A DNA stretch of 63,646 nucleotides, filler included, from Lama guanicoe (lineage: Eukaryota): NCBI GenBank assembly GCA_013239625.1. It is 166 parts of 166 records of this genome, joined end to end, with 100 filler letters (N's around TTAATTAATTAA, not from the genome) between each part and the next. Parts side by side here need not be neighbours in the genome. Positions count along the whole stretch, not along the records: positions 24,161 to 24,444 come from PNXV01052966.1; positions 24,545 to 24,828 come from PNXV01052967.1; positions 24,929 to 25,212 come from PNXV01052968.1; positions 25,313 to 25,596 come from PNXV01052969.1; positions 25,697 to 25,980 come from PNXV01052970.1; positions 26,081 to 26,364 come from PNXV01052971.1; positions 26,465 to 26,748 come from PNXV01052972.1; positions 26,849 to 27,131 come from PNXV01052973.1; 158 more parts are not named here. The stretch is one strand, 5' to 3'. The position numbers and the translations under genes are program-made. The notes below the pieces were generated by a model. That model worked only from the letters and a program-made list of their open reading frames with translations. It had not been told where the DNA came from and did not search any database. Shown in pieces: positions 24,061 through 37,498 of this stretch (position 1 is its first letter; the number at the start of each line of letters is the position of its first letter).

Positions 24061-25696
24061 NNNNNNNNNNNNNNNNNNNNNNNNNNNNNNNNNNNNNNNN
24101 NNNNTTAATTAATTAANNNNNNNNNNNNNNNNNNNNNNNNNNNNNNNNNNNNNNNNNNNNCAGCTTCACAGGAAGCCCAAGGTGAAGAGTTTATCTCAAA
24201 AAGACATGAGAGTAGCTTTTCCAATGGCATGAGCCCCAATAAAATTCACAGGAAACTCAAAGTTTTAAAGAGAACCGTGGTAGCAAAAATACTGCTTGCT
24301 AGCTTGGACTGAAAGAGACAGAGACAGTGCAAAACAGCAAGAGGCACTTTGGGTTTTTCTTAGAAGGTCTACGAGGAGGAAGCTGGCTGGAGAGAACTGC
24401 TCATGAAAGGGACAGAACAAAGAGCTCAGAGAGGGCAGCGAAGGNNNNNNNNNNNNNNNNNNNNNNNNNNNNNNNNNNNNNNNNNNNNTTAATTAATTAA
24501 NNNNNNNNNNNNNNNNNNNNNNNNNNNNNNNNNNNNNNNNNNNNTGGACAGACAGCATCCCTTAGCATGCTGGGAGATGGACAAACTCAAAGGTGACAGC
24601 CTCTGGAACAGCCCTCTCCCTCCCACCCCCCAAAATGGGCAGTTTGGGCCCATGCTTCTAAACGCCTGTAACATTGGTTTATACTCTTCATGCTATAAAT
24701 GCTGCATTTTCCATTTTTGGTTTAAATCGAAGTGCAGTCAATTACAACACATCAGTTTCTGGCGTTCAGCGTAATGGTTTCATCGCTTCTGAATTTTCTC
24801 TGGAATCCATTTTATGATTAAAAAATACNNNNNNNNNNNNNNNNNNNNNNNNNNNNNNNNNNNNNNNNNNNNTTAATTAATTAANNNNNNNNNNNNNNNN
24901 NNNNNNNNNNNNNNNNNNNNNNNNNNNNATCTATATATGCATATGGTTATGGATTAAGGTAAATATGGATATGACTAGGAATATCTTAAAGATACAGATA
25001 GAGAAGTAGGTAACCAACATTCCTTTCTAGTATTTTCTGATCTTTCCACTGTATTGAGGTGCCTGTAAATCTTGGAACTACACTTGCCAGAATACTTCTC
25101 TTTGCAAGCAGTGTTGCCTATTAGATTTTGCCAATGAAGGCACTTCCATAAGACTTGGAATGGGAATTAAGAGTGTAAGCCATTATTATGTGTTGGTATA
25201 TGGGCAGCAGTANNNNNNNNNNNNNNNNNNNNNNNNNNNNNNNNNNNNNNNNNNNNTTAATTAATTAANNNNNNNNNNNNNNNNNNNNNNNNNNNNNNNN
25301 NNNNNNNNNNNNCTATACTTCAATAAAAAAAGTTAAGACATAAAAAATGGGCAAATGTATATATGTGTGTGATGTTTTAAGCATGGACCACATATGAGAC
25401 TGGTTTTCTATCTTCTTGATTCCTTAAGAGACAGGGTTATTGTTGTGCCAAGTTAGCAGGTTGGTGTTTAATTCTGATCTGAGTCATGCTTGTTTGCTTA
25501 AGGAGAACTGTGTCAAGTCACAGTCTGATAAACTCCCATATGCCTTCCCAGCTAATCTCATTATGATTCATATATCTCAAAATGCAGAAGGGCAAGNNNN
25601 NNNNNNNNNNNNNNNNNNNNNNNNNNNNNNNNNNNNNNNNTTAATTAATTAANNNNNNNNNNNNNNNNNNNNNNNNNNNNNNNNNNNNNNNNNNNN

Positions 25697-25980
25697 TAGC
25701 TGTGCAAAAGCTTTTAAGTTTAATTAGATCCCTCTTGTTTATTTTTGCTTTTATTTCCATTACCCCAGGAGCTGGTTTAAAAAATATATTGCTGTAATGT
25801 ATGTCCACGAGTGTTCTGCCTATGTTTTCTCCTAGGAGTCTTATAGTATCTGGTCTTACATTTAGGTCTTTGATCCATTTTGCATTTATTTTTGTACATG
25901 GTGTTAGGGAATGTTCTAATTTCAGCCTTTTACAGGTATCTGTCCAGTTTTCCCAGCACCACTTATTGAAGAGACTGTCT
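25697..25980 (-). mobile_element. LINE-1 ORF2 fragment
   Basis: GCTGTGCAAAAGCTTTTAAGTTTAATTAGATCCC..GTCCAGTTTTCCCAGCACCACTTATTGAAGAGACTGTC. Confidence 0.93.
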
Positions 25981-26986
25981 NNNNNNNNNNNNNNNNNNNN
26001 NNNNNNNNNNNNNNNNNNNNNNNNTTAATTAATTAANNNNNNNNNNNNNNNNNNNNNNNNNNNNNNNNNNNNNNNNNNNNAGAAATGCAGCAGATTTCTG
26101 TATATTAATTTTGTACCCTGTCAGGTCATAATATTTAAAATGTCTCAACAGTTGCTTTCAAACAGGTAAAACCATTTGCTCTGTTTGGGCTTGTTCCACT
26201 CCCTTGCTGTAGAGGCTCTAGTGGAGGTACTGAATACCAAAGCAATTTACTCTGTAAAGCTTAAATGTTGACTGTCAGCCATACATTTGCATATATTCCA
26301 TGTAACTCTATCATTTATATGGATACATTGTATATATTAAAATGTAAATAGTGTCAGTCTGTACNNNNNNNNNNNNNNNNNNNNNNNNNNNNNNNNNNNN
26401 NNNNNNNNTTAATTAATTAANNNNNNNNNNNNNNNNNNNNNNNNNNNNNNNNNNNNNNNNNNNNTCATCATGTAAAAAATGAGCTATTGGTGTGATGTAT
26501 TTGGGAAGAATTGTATCCGTGTGTGAAATTTCTATTAAATAGCAACAATTCCATAATGAAAGGGATAAAAACCAAGGCTGGACAATGCACCTGTCAGATG
26601 TTGAGCCAAGAAAAACATGCAAAAGTCCCTCAAATCTGAAAAGGAGATACAAATCACAGTAAAGAAAAGCTGGAATTCAACTACTTTGTCCAATGCAATT
26701 CCTACAGGATATTCTTGCCATGGGAACATAGTTAATAAATGTTCCTTTNNNNNNNNNNNNNNNNNNNNNNNNNNNNNNNNNNNNNNNNNNNNTTAATTAA
26801 TTAANNNNNNNNNNNNNNNNNNNNNNNNNNNNNNNNNNNNNNNNNNNNTACCTCATTTGGGCCAAATAACAATTGCTTTCCACATGAAAATTAAAAAGTT
26901 AAGTAACTTGCCTGAGGCCATCCAGCAAAATCAGCAATGATGCTTCCACTGACTCAGTGTCTGCTAAAAAGTATGCATCTCTGGAA

Positions 26987-27089
26987 GGGAGGGCATAGCT
27001 CAGCACTAGAGCATGTGCCTAGCATGCATGAGGTCCTGGGTGCATTTCCCAGTACTTCAATTAAAAATAAATATGTAAATAAATAAATA
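26987..27089 (+). mobile_element. Camelid Vic-1-like SINE, tail running into an L1 3' UTR piece
   Basis: GGGAGGGCATAGCTCAGCACTAGAGCATGTGCCTAGCATGCATGAGGTCCTGGGT..CCCAGTAC + AAATAAAT tail. Confidence 0.85.
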
Positions 27090-27639
27090 GGGAGTTCAAG
27101 ATTTGCAGATACTAACTACTATATATAAAATNNNNNNNNNNNNNNNNNNNNNNNNNNNNNNNNNNNNNNNNNNNNTTAATTAATTAANNNNNNNNNNNNN
27201 NNNNNNNNNNNNNNNNNNNNNNNNNNNNNNNGCCTCATATATTAAATTCTTAAATAGATTCTCTGAATTCAAAAGTTAAGAGTTAACGGGAGAGGCACAG
27301 GTGGCGGGCCTTGTCCTGGCAAACAAAGCCACCACGGTGGTCCTGCAAATTAAGGAGGATGGCAAACCCCTTTCTTCAAAAGAAAAAGTTCTCTAGGGGG
27401 AAACATATAAAATATTTAAGTTTCAAAAGCCAAACTCTTCCACACTGTTGCTTCTCTACCCCGGAGTGTCCTAAGATAGAGTGTTTTAAGGTTAAGTTTT
27501 CAATGTTCAGCTTTTNNNNNNNNNNNNNNNNNNNNNNNNNNNNNNNNNNNNNNNNNNNNTTAATTAATTAANNNNNNNNNNNNNNNNNNNNNNNNNNNNN
27601 NNNNNNNNNNNNNNNTGATATTAGTAGTTACAATAAGGC

Positions 27640-27850
27640 AGAGTTTATAATATTTTAATCTCAACGCTGCCAATAACTAGTTGTGTAACTTCAGGCAAAT
27701 AACTTAATCTTTCAAAATATCCATTTCCTCATCTCTAAAATGGGTAAACACTGGCATTTATTTACCTGATAAATTAGCTTATTGTAAGAAGTAAACAATG
27801 CAGTGCCTATAAGGCATTTAGGTCAATGTCTACCTTCAATAAATTGAAGC
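27640..27850 (+). mobile_element. MIR SINE fragment
   Basis: ACTAGTTGTGTAACTTCAGGCAAATAACTTAATCT..TTTCCTCATCTCTAAAATGGG core. Confidence 0.7.
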
Positions 27851-28767
27851 TATGAAATTTCTTCTAAATTGTGCCACAGGGCTGTGGCTAAATCATAGCN
27901 NNNNNNNNNNNNNNNNNNNNNNNNNNNNNNNNNNNNNNNNNNNTTAATTAATTAANNNNNNNNNNNNNNNNNNNNNNNNNNNNNNNNNNNNNNNNNNNNT
28001 AAGTGTAGCCCCTTTAGAGATATAAAGACAGAAAGCAGTCTTTCATTTATTATCATACATACCTTTCAGGCCTGAGATCAAACACATAAGGATTTAAAAA
28101 TATGTAGCATTTATGGCTTTCAGTTGTTTATGGTTTTGCTCTTCCCCATATCTATTCTCTGAAATTATTAACAATACAGTCCTCATAAGGAAAGGACCAG
28201 AGAGCTTATTTCAGTGGTAGCAAGGAGATGGGCTACTGGGAGAAAGAGGGAGAATGCATGACAGTCTTGTGTTGCGGCGGGGGNNNNNNNNNNNNNNNNN
28301 NNNNNNNNNNNNNNNNNNNNNNNNNNNTTAATTAATTAANNNNNNNNNNNNNNNNNNNNNNNNNNNNNNNNNNNNNNNNNNNNCCCTGATGCCCTACACT
28401 TTGTTTCTTCTTTTGCAACACTTTGAACTTACCTTGTTGAGTATTATTTATTTAGTAAATCATTTTTAAATCCCTTTTGGCACAAGGCAGGATCCATAGT
28501 AAGTAATTAAAAAATAAAGAGCAATCCGTGCTTTCAGCATAGACCTTTGAACTAATCTTCTCTCTGTATGAGAGAGATGCTGAATAAACTAACTAGTGAT
28601 CACTTTCCACTTTACTTTTTAGTCCATCCGTTCGTATGTTAAGAATCAAACTGCAGAAATTTTTTTTNNNNNNNNNNNNNNNNNNNNNNNNNNNNNNNNN
28701 NNNNNNNNNNNTTAATTAATTAANNNNNNNNNNNNNNNNNNNNNNNNNNNNNNNNNNNNNNNNNNNN

Positions 28768-29051
28768 CCTTTTTGTTATGTTCTTGCTCTTCTACATTTT
28801 GACCTTGTTGGGCAACCTGCTCATTGTTGTGACAATAGCTGTCAGTAAGACCCTGAACTCACCAATGTACTTTTTTCTCACTAGCTTATCAATTATGGAC
28901 ATGGCTTATTCCTCTTCTATTACCCCCAGATTGATTTCAAACTTGTTCTTTGGGGAAAATACCATATCCTTTGAATCTTGCATGGCTTATCTGTTTATAG
29001 ATCACATTTTTGGTGGATCAGAGGTCTTCCTTCTGTTGGTGATGGCCTATG
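28768..29051 (+). CDS. Olfactory receptor N-terminal part (TM1-TM3), family 4A, OR4A47-like
   Basis: [46 protein letters not shown], open across the contig. Confidence 0.93.
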
Positions 29052-29919
29052 NNNNNNNNNNNNNNNNNNNNNNNNNNNNNNNNNNNNNNNNNNNNTTAAT
29101 TAATTAANNNNNNNNNNNNNNNNNNNNNNNNNNNNNNNNNNNNNNNNNNNNACTCAGATTGGCAATAAAAAAAGCTTTATGACTTAAGGTATTAGATTGG
29201 TCATAGGGAAAGGCATAATCATTTGTGTAAATTGTTATACTGTGTAAATACTGTAACGAAGTATTAGAACACCTTTAGAAATATGCATTAAAATTTTTCA
29301 TGCATCTACCTGATAACTCAGCAATTCTACTCCTAGGAATCTCTCTATTTATCTAGGATCAGGCATATTTGTTATGTACATGCCAAGGTCATGTGCAAGG
29401 CTCTTCAGAGCAGTCCTCTTTCATAGTTCCAAAAANNNNNNNNNNNNNNNNNNNNNNNNNNNNNNNNNNNNNNNNNNNNTTAATTAATTAANNNNNNNNN
29501 NNNNNNNNNNNNNNNNNNNNNNNNNNNNNNNNNNNTCTCACACAGGTTGGCTCTTGGGCACCATCCAGGCCTCACAAGCGAGAGCCCGCCTGGCCAGTCT
29601 CCAAGGCTCTGCCTCCTCGTGCCCCACTGCGACCCCATGACGGGGCCGGCAACTGCTCAGAGGGCCGAATATTGGTGTAAGGACAGGCAGCTTTGTGAGC
29701 AGATGTGGTTAGGACCCCAGGATCTGGGTCTAACAAGGGCACAGAGAGGTCACTGGGGTGGGGAGAGGAGCAAGGAGGGGCCAGCCAGGTGGTGGCTGGG
29801 AATGTGAGGGGTGGGGTGGNNNNNNNNNNNNNNNNNNNNNNNNNNNNNNNNNNNNNNNNNNNNTTAATTAATTAANNNNNNNNNNNNNNNNNNNNNNNNN
29901 NNNNNNNNNNNNNNNNNNN

Positions 29920-30203
29920 GGGGGGCTTCCTGAGTGCTGACAGCTCACCCTCTCTGTCCACTTTCTGGAGAGCTGTCTTGAGCTGTCCCTTCCTGCTTGC
30001 TGGTGTGTCAACAGGTTCCAGTTGTGGAGATTTACAGGGTATCTGGGGGGTTTTGTCATCAGTCATTGGTTCCTTGACATGATCTGGGGTCTGGAAGAGC
30101 TCTTTGAAGCCAGTCAGGTCTTCCAAAGATCGGGCCTTTTCCTTGGGTGTCCTGGGCCGCCTCTTGCTTCCAGTCACACTTTCTGCAAAGTCCAGTTTCT
30201 GCC
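29920..30203 (-). CDS. MKI67: Ki-67 repeat region of the large MKI67 exon
   Basis: QKLDFAESVTGSKRRPRTPKEKARSLEDLTGFKELFQTPDH..TPQIPCKSPQLEPVDTP..ELSALRKP, with FKELFQTP Ki-67 motif. Confidence 0.95.
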
Positions 30204-32321
30204 NNNNNNNNNNNNNNNNNNNNNNNNNNNNNNNNNNNNNNNNNNNNTTAATTAATTAANNNNNNNNNNNNNNNNNNNNNNNNNNNNNNNNNNNNNNNNN
30301 NNNCTTTAAGTGACACGGAGAAGAGTGATCTGTCAGCTGGAACACTTAAGGCTAGCCAGCTAAATTGGTCTGGGGCATCCTGAAGTAAACCGAATCTAAT
30401 TTCATCAATAATACCGACACCCCAAAGAGATGTACACAGGAGCGGTTTTTCAAACAAGGAATATTACGAATTTTTATCACGTATCGTAATTTTTCCTTTT
30501 TAAGCTCCTGATAAGTAAAACCGAAAGTGATATTTACGTAGTTTCACGTTCCCTTCAGTTGCAGCAAGTCAATCATTTTGTTGTTGCNNNNNNNNNNNNN
30601 NNNNNNNNNNNNNNNNNNNNNNNNNNNNNNNTTAATTAATTAANNNNNNNNNNNNNNNNNNNNNNNNNNNNNNNNNNNNNNNNNNNNGTCCAACTGCACA
30701 TAAATAAAGAGTTCTAATATAGGAAATTAGGTGCTTCCAAATTTTTGGAAAGGTTTAAAAAAGCAGGCTCTCAACTGGGTCTCCAGAAATGACTTTTGGA
30801 ACAAAATTGACCAAAGACATGAACTTGTACTATTTTAAAATTTGTTAAATCAGGAATCCATTGTGCCCTGTGCTGGCTCCAGGGTCACACACCATCCCTA
30901 CTGGGGACCAAACAGCTGCCACCAGAGGAGTTGAGTTCTGAGCAGTTATGTGCCAGTTAGAGCCACGTTAGNNNNNNNNNNNNNNNNNNNNNNNNNNNNN
31001 NNNNNNNNNNNNNNNTTAATTAATTAANNNNNNNNNNNNNNNNNNNNNNNNNNNNNNNNNNNNNNNNNNNNTTTTTTACATTTTTACTTTTATTAATAAG
31101 CAATTGATAGTAAAGCAAAAGAACAAAATTATGATGTTTATTTTGTTAAGTATATAATTGAATGTGACAAAACCTGCGTTCTTATTTTTGTGTTTGAATA
31201 TCTCATGAACTGGAGTAAGGCAACATTTTTAAAACTTCTTAATTTTATTTTCTGCTGTGAAATATTTAAGATGCTACTTCATAATGTTCTATATTTATTT
31301 TTAAAGCAGTGCTTAAAATATTAGACTAAGCACTGAGTTTGAAGAATGAAGAAGANNNNNNNNNNNNNNNNNNNNNNNNNNNNNNNNNNNNNNNNNNNNT
31401 TAATTAATTAANNNNNNNNNNNNNNNNNNNNNNNNNNNNNNNNNNNNNNNNNNNNCATATGGGAGGATTCGACACCTGCTTAAGCCATAGTGCTTTTTCC
31501 ATTAAGCGGAAGGCCTAATTTCAAAAAGTTTGCTTGAGCTCTGGCATCTGCTAATAAGGACATAGTTTTTTTTTTTTTAAGCTCTTTCTAATAACATATA
31601 AGAGGGAAGAGTTTGCTTTTGCTCCTTATTCCTTTTGACATTTGCATACGTATTTCAGTGTTACTTATATTTTTGCACTTTTGGCATCTTTTATGTCAAT
31701 ATGTTGACATACCTTAATTAGTTATTTTTTTAAAGATTANNNNNNNNNNNNNNNNNNNNNNNNNNNNNNNNNNNNNNNNNNNNTTAATTAATTAANNNNN
31801 NNNNNNNNNNNNNNNNNNNNNNNNNNNNNNNNNNNNNNNCACGGATTAGGACAAATTTGGAAACAAGGCACTTGGCATCCCTGAACAAGTTTGGAGTTAA
31901 CATACATGAAGGATGGCAGGAAGTGTTCAAATTATGCCAGTTACTAGTAGTCTCTATCAACAAATACATCATAAATGCAGATTTAGGATCACAAACTTAA
32001 TGGTGAAATAAAAGGGGGTTGAGAAAGAGAAAATGCCAAAACTGAGGCCCCAGTAATGCAAGTTTCAATTCCACTGGTGGTAGTTAAAAAGTTTGCCTTA
32101 CAAGTTATAATCTCAAAAAAAAANNNNNNNNNNNNNNNNNNNNNNNNNNNNNNNNNNNNNNNNNNNNTTAATTAATTAANNNNNNNNNNNNNNNNNNNNN
32201 NNNNNNNNNNNNNNNNNNNNNNNCTGCATTTCCTCCAGGCCTGAGAAGAGAAAGCTACCAAAGCCTGGTGGCTTTTCCCCGCCAGGGTTCCAAGAGAAGA
32301 TTAAGCTCAAAAACCCTAAAG

Positions 32322-32405
32322 CCATGATTCTCCAAGTGAGACCCCAGGCCAGCAGCGACACCCTCACCTGGAAATTGGTAAGAAGTGCAGATTCTCAGGC
32401 CCCAA
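32322..32405 (+). mobile_element. MER5A-like fragment
   Basis: ATTCTCCAAGTG..CCAGCAGC..TCACCTGGAAATTGGTAAGAAGTGCAGATTCTCAGGCCCCA. Confidence 0.75.
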
Positions 32406-33374
32406 CCATGACAAGTGTAATGGGAGCCATGGAGGGTTGCGTCCAGAAGTTCATGACACAGATAAACAAGATTATACTGTATAGCACAGGGAAATACATA
32501 CAAGATNNNNNNNNNNNNNNNNNNNNNNNNNNNNNNNNNNNNNNNNNNNNTTAATTAATTAANNNNNNNNNNNNNNNNNNNNNNNNNNNNNNNNNNNNNN
32601 NNNNNNTCGAATGCAATGGAATAGAGGTCAGAGTTTCAACAGGAATCGCCAGAGGCTTAAGTCTAAATTTAGCAGTGTGGCATTTTCTACCCTCTCTCCA
32701 ATAGATTTCCATCTGCTCTTGATGTTTACAATGAGTGTAATGCTGGACAGAAACTTTCATTCTACACCATTATTAAGTGAAATTAGCAATAGCTTCCACA
32801 GAGTTGACATTGGTTGAAAACCAAGGGGCATGCAATAAATGATTTATTTTCCTTATAAAGGACAGATAAAAAGGGAGGAAGATGCAAAAANNNNNNNNNN
32901 NNNNNNNNNNNNNNNNNNNNNNNNNNNNNNNNNNTTAATTAATTAANNNNNNNNNNNNNNNNNNNNNNNNNNNNNNNNNNNNNNNNNNNNGTCCATTTAA
33001 AGCATTTCATTCAGCACCAGACACACAGAAAGACATTCAATAGATGGCAGCTTTATTTTTACTTTGAAAACTTTGAAACTAAATAAATGCATAATTTATT
33101 AATGCAATTTTTACTAAATGTAACAAAAGCAGCTTAATTTTGTTTTCAAGAAAAAAATGCTTATTTTAATAGCAGAAAGGAAGGACTCAAAAATTCAGTT
33201 TAAAATATGATAAACAACAAGTTTATACTGTATAACACAGGGAGCTATATTCAATATCTTGTAGTAACTTATGGNNNNNNNNNNNNNNNNNNNNNNNNNN
33301 NNNNNNNNNNNNNNNNNNTTAATTAATTAANNNNNNNNNNNNNNNNNNNNNNNNNNNNNNNNNNNNNNNNNNNN

Positions 33375-33600
33375 ACTTGTTATAGAATCACATTTTTTAA
33401 TGTACATGCTTTCATAATTTCTCAGAGTTTTTCGGTGATTGAATTCTAGTTTCATGGTATTAAACTCAGGAAAGTTGCTTGAAATAATTTTTATCTTCTT
33501 AAATTTGATGTGGATTCTTCTTTGCCTGAGTAAATAATCATTCCTAGAAAATGTTCCATGTGCATTGGAGAAGAATGTATATTCTGTTTTGGGGAGAAGT
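33375..33600 (-). mobile_element. LINE-1 ORF2 endonuclease fragment
   Basis: Minus-strand EYTFFSNAHGTFSRNDYLL..KFKKIKIISS..MKLEFN is an L1 EN motif. Confidence 0.9.
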
Positions 33601-36062
33601 ACTGCTACTTTCATAACCTGGGCTGGGATTATGGTTTGATTTGAGGCACAGGATGCGCNNNNNNNNNNNNNNNNNNNNNNNNNNNNNNNNNNNNNNNNNN
33701 NNTTAATTAATTAANNNNNNNNNNNNNNNNNNNNNNNNNNNNNNNNNNNNNNNNNNNNAAAAAAAAAAAAAGTTAGCATCAGCATTTACAACAGTCTAAA
33801 TGGGCAAGTGTCACATTTAGCCTGAGCACTGTAACTCTCTTTCTACCACTAGCTTCAGGGCCTGTCCTCACTGCTTTGATCTTTACACAAACACAGCATT
33901 GACAGGGGCCAGACCAGACATCTCAGGTGCAAAATGCTGTGAGATGTAACCATTATCTCCAACTTAAGAAAACAGTACAGACTCCAAGCTTGTTAGGGTT
34001 TTTGAAACCTGAAGGGATGGGTTTACAAGAGGTCACAGAAGTNNNNNNNNNNNNNNNNNNNNNNNNNNNNNNNNNNNNNNNNNNNNTTAATTAATTAANN
34101 NNNNNNNNNNNNNNNNNNNNNNNNNNNNNNNNNNNNNNNNNNTGATCTGCTTTCAATAAACAACATGATCAGACCATACAAACTAATTTATAACACCACA
34201 GTTATTCCTATGTAAATATAATTGACTGAATAGTTTTGGATTTACTGACTAATTTAAGCAATTTATCAAATTGCCAAATAATAAAAATAGCCCATACCTT
34301 GTATTATTTGATGCACCATAGTGCTTTCATATACTGATGGCTTTTTTTCTGCTTTCAAACATGTTTCATTTAGTCCTCCAAACAGTACAGCATTTTGCAA
34401 GGAAATGGAGATTGGCTGGAATGAATNNNNNNNNNNNNNNNNNNNNNNNNNNNNNNNNNNNNNNNNNNNNTTAATTAATTAANNNNNNNNNNNNNNNNNN
34501 NNNNNNNNNNNNNNNNNNNNNNNNNNCACAACATTGTAAAGTGATTATAAATCAATAAAAAATGTTTAAAAAAATGCAGACACGGTACCAAATGGGGTCC
34601 AAGGTCTTCATTTTGGTAGGGGAATGATACCAGGGTACCACACTGGCTTCCCCAGCTTCACTCCTGACCTACCTCAACTGGCATGAAGAAAAAAACCCTT
34701 GCACACTGATGCACCTCTAACCATGGCACCACCACCCACTTAAACAAATCTCCAAGTTATTGGCCGACCCTTGGCAGCGTCCTTTCCCTACTGCCTTCAC
34801 CATAGAACATNNNNNNNNNNNNNNNNNNNNNNNNNNNNNNNNNNNNNNNNNNNNTTAATTAATTAANNNNNNNNNNNNNNNNNNNNNNNNNNNNNNNNNN
34901 NNNNNNNNNNCTTTGGTGTGGTTTTCTCATTGTGCTGACATTTCCTTCTGGTAGAGAACCACCCGTCATAGAATCCTCAGCTGAAGCTTCTTTATTAAAC
35001 ATTTTGAAGATGGCTTCCCTGGGGTTCTAGTGAGGACACACACCTCTGCTATGTGCCTCACCCCCCGCCTCCAGAGAAGAAGAAAGTTTCCTTACAATCT
35101 TCAGTTTCCCCAGAACTGAGTAACTGGCTAACTTCAATGACAGCAGAAACACGTTTACTGCCCAAAATGCACTGCCCTCCCGGTTTCCATTTTTNNNNNN
35201 NNNNNNNNNNNNNNNNNNNNNNNNNNNNNNNNNNNNNNTTAATTAATTAANNNNNNNNNNNNNNNNNNNNNNNNNNNNNNNNNNNNNNNNNNNNACAAGG
35301 CCGGGCAGCCATGGCACTGGCCTCTGGTCTCCCCTGGCCCGGTTTCTGTCAGGAGGGCGATGAAGAATGGGTGCCTGGCAAGGAGCAGGTCACCGCAGCC
35401 CCAGGGGCCCTGCTGAACTGCAGTTCAGAGCTCAGCTGCCTGGGGCCGCGGATCAACAGGGAGGCCATTAATCTCTCCAGCAGGGGTGGAGGGGGAGCGG
35501 GAGGAGGGCTGGGGGAAGAGTCAACATCCCCCTCCACCCTGGGCCCCTCTTCAGCTCAGCACCTCCCCGTCAGGGAACNNNNNNNNNNNNNNNNNNNNNN
35601 NNNNNNNNNNNNNNNNNNNNNNTTAATTAATTAANNNNNNNNNNNNNNNNNNNNNNNNNNNNNNNNNNNNNNNNNNNNCCCACGTCTTTTAAGCTATATG
35701 TACCATTTGTAGCAGTTTGCATTCAATGTTTCTTTTCTCTCTGTTATTTTGTGTGTGCATATATGTGTGTGTGTGTTTTGTCTTGTATGTAGGAAAAACT
35801 AGATAGCTAGTGTTTAGCACTGCTGTAAAATCTTTGTCATCTTAGTCCCTTTGTATGTTGGCACCCATTTTTCACTTGAAGTAGAAATTTTGAGTGATAT
35901 ATCTCAACTTCAACTTTTTACCAGTGTGACCATCAAGGACATTATTCTAGTTTTCTGTTTCCNNNNNNNNNNNNNNNNNNNNNNNNNNNNNNNNNNNNNN
36001 NNNNNNTTAATTAATTAANNNNNNNNNNNNNNNNNNNNNNNNNNNNNNNNNNNNNNNNNNNN

Positions 36063-36346
36063 TCGCACCGAGCAGCTTGGCGGCAGCGGGCGCGGGCCGC
36101 GCGGGGCTGGGCTGGGCGCGCCGATCTATTAACGTCTGTGTGTCTGGGCCGCGGGTCTGCGGCGAGGCAGGCGCCAGGGGCTCGCCTGGAACCAGATGTG
36201 CCGCGGCGCCGCTCTGGCCGCCACCGGCGCGGCGCGCTCGCACGCACGGGCTGGCGTGCACATGGCCGGGCGGGGCGGGCGGCGGCTGGCGCGCCGGGCC
36301 GGGCACCCCCTGGGTTTCGGGGCCGACCCCCCACCCGCGGGTGCGG
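36063..36346. promoter_or_regulatory. CpG-island fragment
   Basis: Very high GC and CpG density, GC boxes; no recognisable protein in any frame. Confidence 0.7.
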
Positions 36347-37214
36347 NNNNNNNNNNNNNNNNNNNNNNNNNNNNNNNNNNNNNNNNNNNNTTAATTAATT
36401 AANNNNNNNNNNNNNNNNNNNNNNNNNNNNNNNNNNNNNNNNNNNNATTCTTGGATCTTTAAAATATGATATTAGAAATATAGTCAGAACAAGAATACTT
36501 TTTTAAATGGTCAGTAATCAAGAAGACACACAAAAATTAAAAACCAAGAAGACACATAAAAATTAAAAACCAATCAGAAAGATAAATACAAATTTAATTG
36601 CAAAATGGTGAGATAATTTCATTAATCCTTTCTAAATATAACTTTTAAATCACATTGTAAAGACTATCTTGCTAAATTATGTCTTATTTTGATCTTTATC
36701 CTAGATTATTTTTGCCTTTTATTTTTCATCNNNNNNNNNNNNNNNNNNNNNNNNNNNNNNNNNNNNNNNNNNNNTTAATTAATTAANNNNNNNNNNNNNN
36801 NNNNNNNNNNNNNNNNNNNNNNNNNNNNNNAGTGAATGAATGAATGAATGAATGACAATAAAAACAAATGAAATCAAGAGACCCAATTCAAATAGGTCGC
36901 ACTTCCCTATTCCTTTATCTCTACTACAGTGGTAGGCATTACCAGCATTATTCTGTGCCCTTTTCTGATCTCTGAGATGGTTTTTAAAAGATGCCTTCAT
37001 CCATGGAGAACACAAAAAGTAGACAGCTTCCAACTTAATACCAGTCCTCTCCAAGCATGCCCTAGTGACTGGGAGAGGGGATAAAAGGAAGTCTGAGCAA
37101 TTCCTCACCCTCCTNNNNNNNNNNNNNNNNNNNNNNNNNNNNNNNNNNNNNNNNNNNNTTAATTAATTAANNNNNNNNNNNNNNNNNNNNNNNNNNNNNN
37201 NNNNNNNNNNNNNN

Positions 37215-37498
37215 GTCAACAAAGATAAAAAGAATTTTGAAAGTAGCAAGTGAAGAACAATTTGTCATGAACAAGGGCACACACCTAAGACTTTCAGAAT
37301 TTTTCAGCAGAAACTTTAAAAGCCAGAAGGGAAGGGGATGATATACTCAAAGTGTGTCTGGCAGGGGGAACTCTGCCAATTGAGATTATTATACTCAGGA
37401 AAACTGTTCTTCATGAATGAAGGAAAGAGAAACACTTTCTCAGAAACACATAAACTGAGGGAAATTCATTACCACGTGACCTATCTTACAGGAAGTGC
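37215..37498 (+). mobile_element. LINE-1 ORF1 C-terminal fragment
   Basis: GAATTTTGAAAGTAGCAAG..TTCAGCAGAAACTTTAAAAGCCAGAAGGG..GATGATATA..AATGAAGGA..AAACTGAGGGAA. Confidence 0.85.

Noticed and set aside
36007..36402. Five overlapping R/G/A/P-rich ORFs
   Set aside because: Stop-codon scarcity in a CpG island; no recognisable protein
36519..36570. 26-bp tandem duplication CAAGAAGACACA(C/T)AAAAATTAAAAAC
   Set aside because: Ordinary slippage duplication with no functional sign
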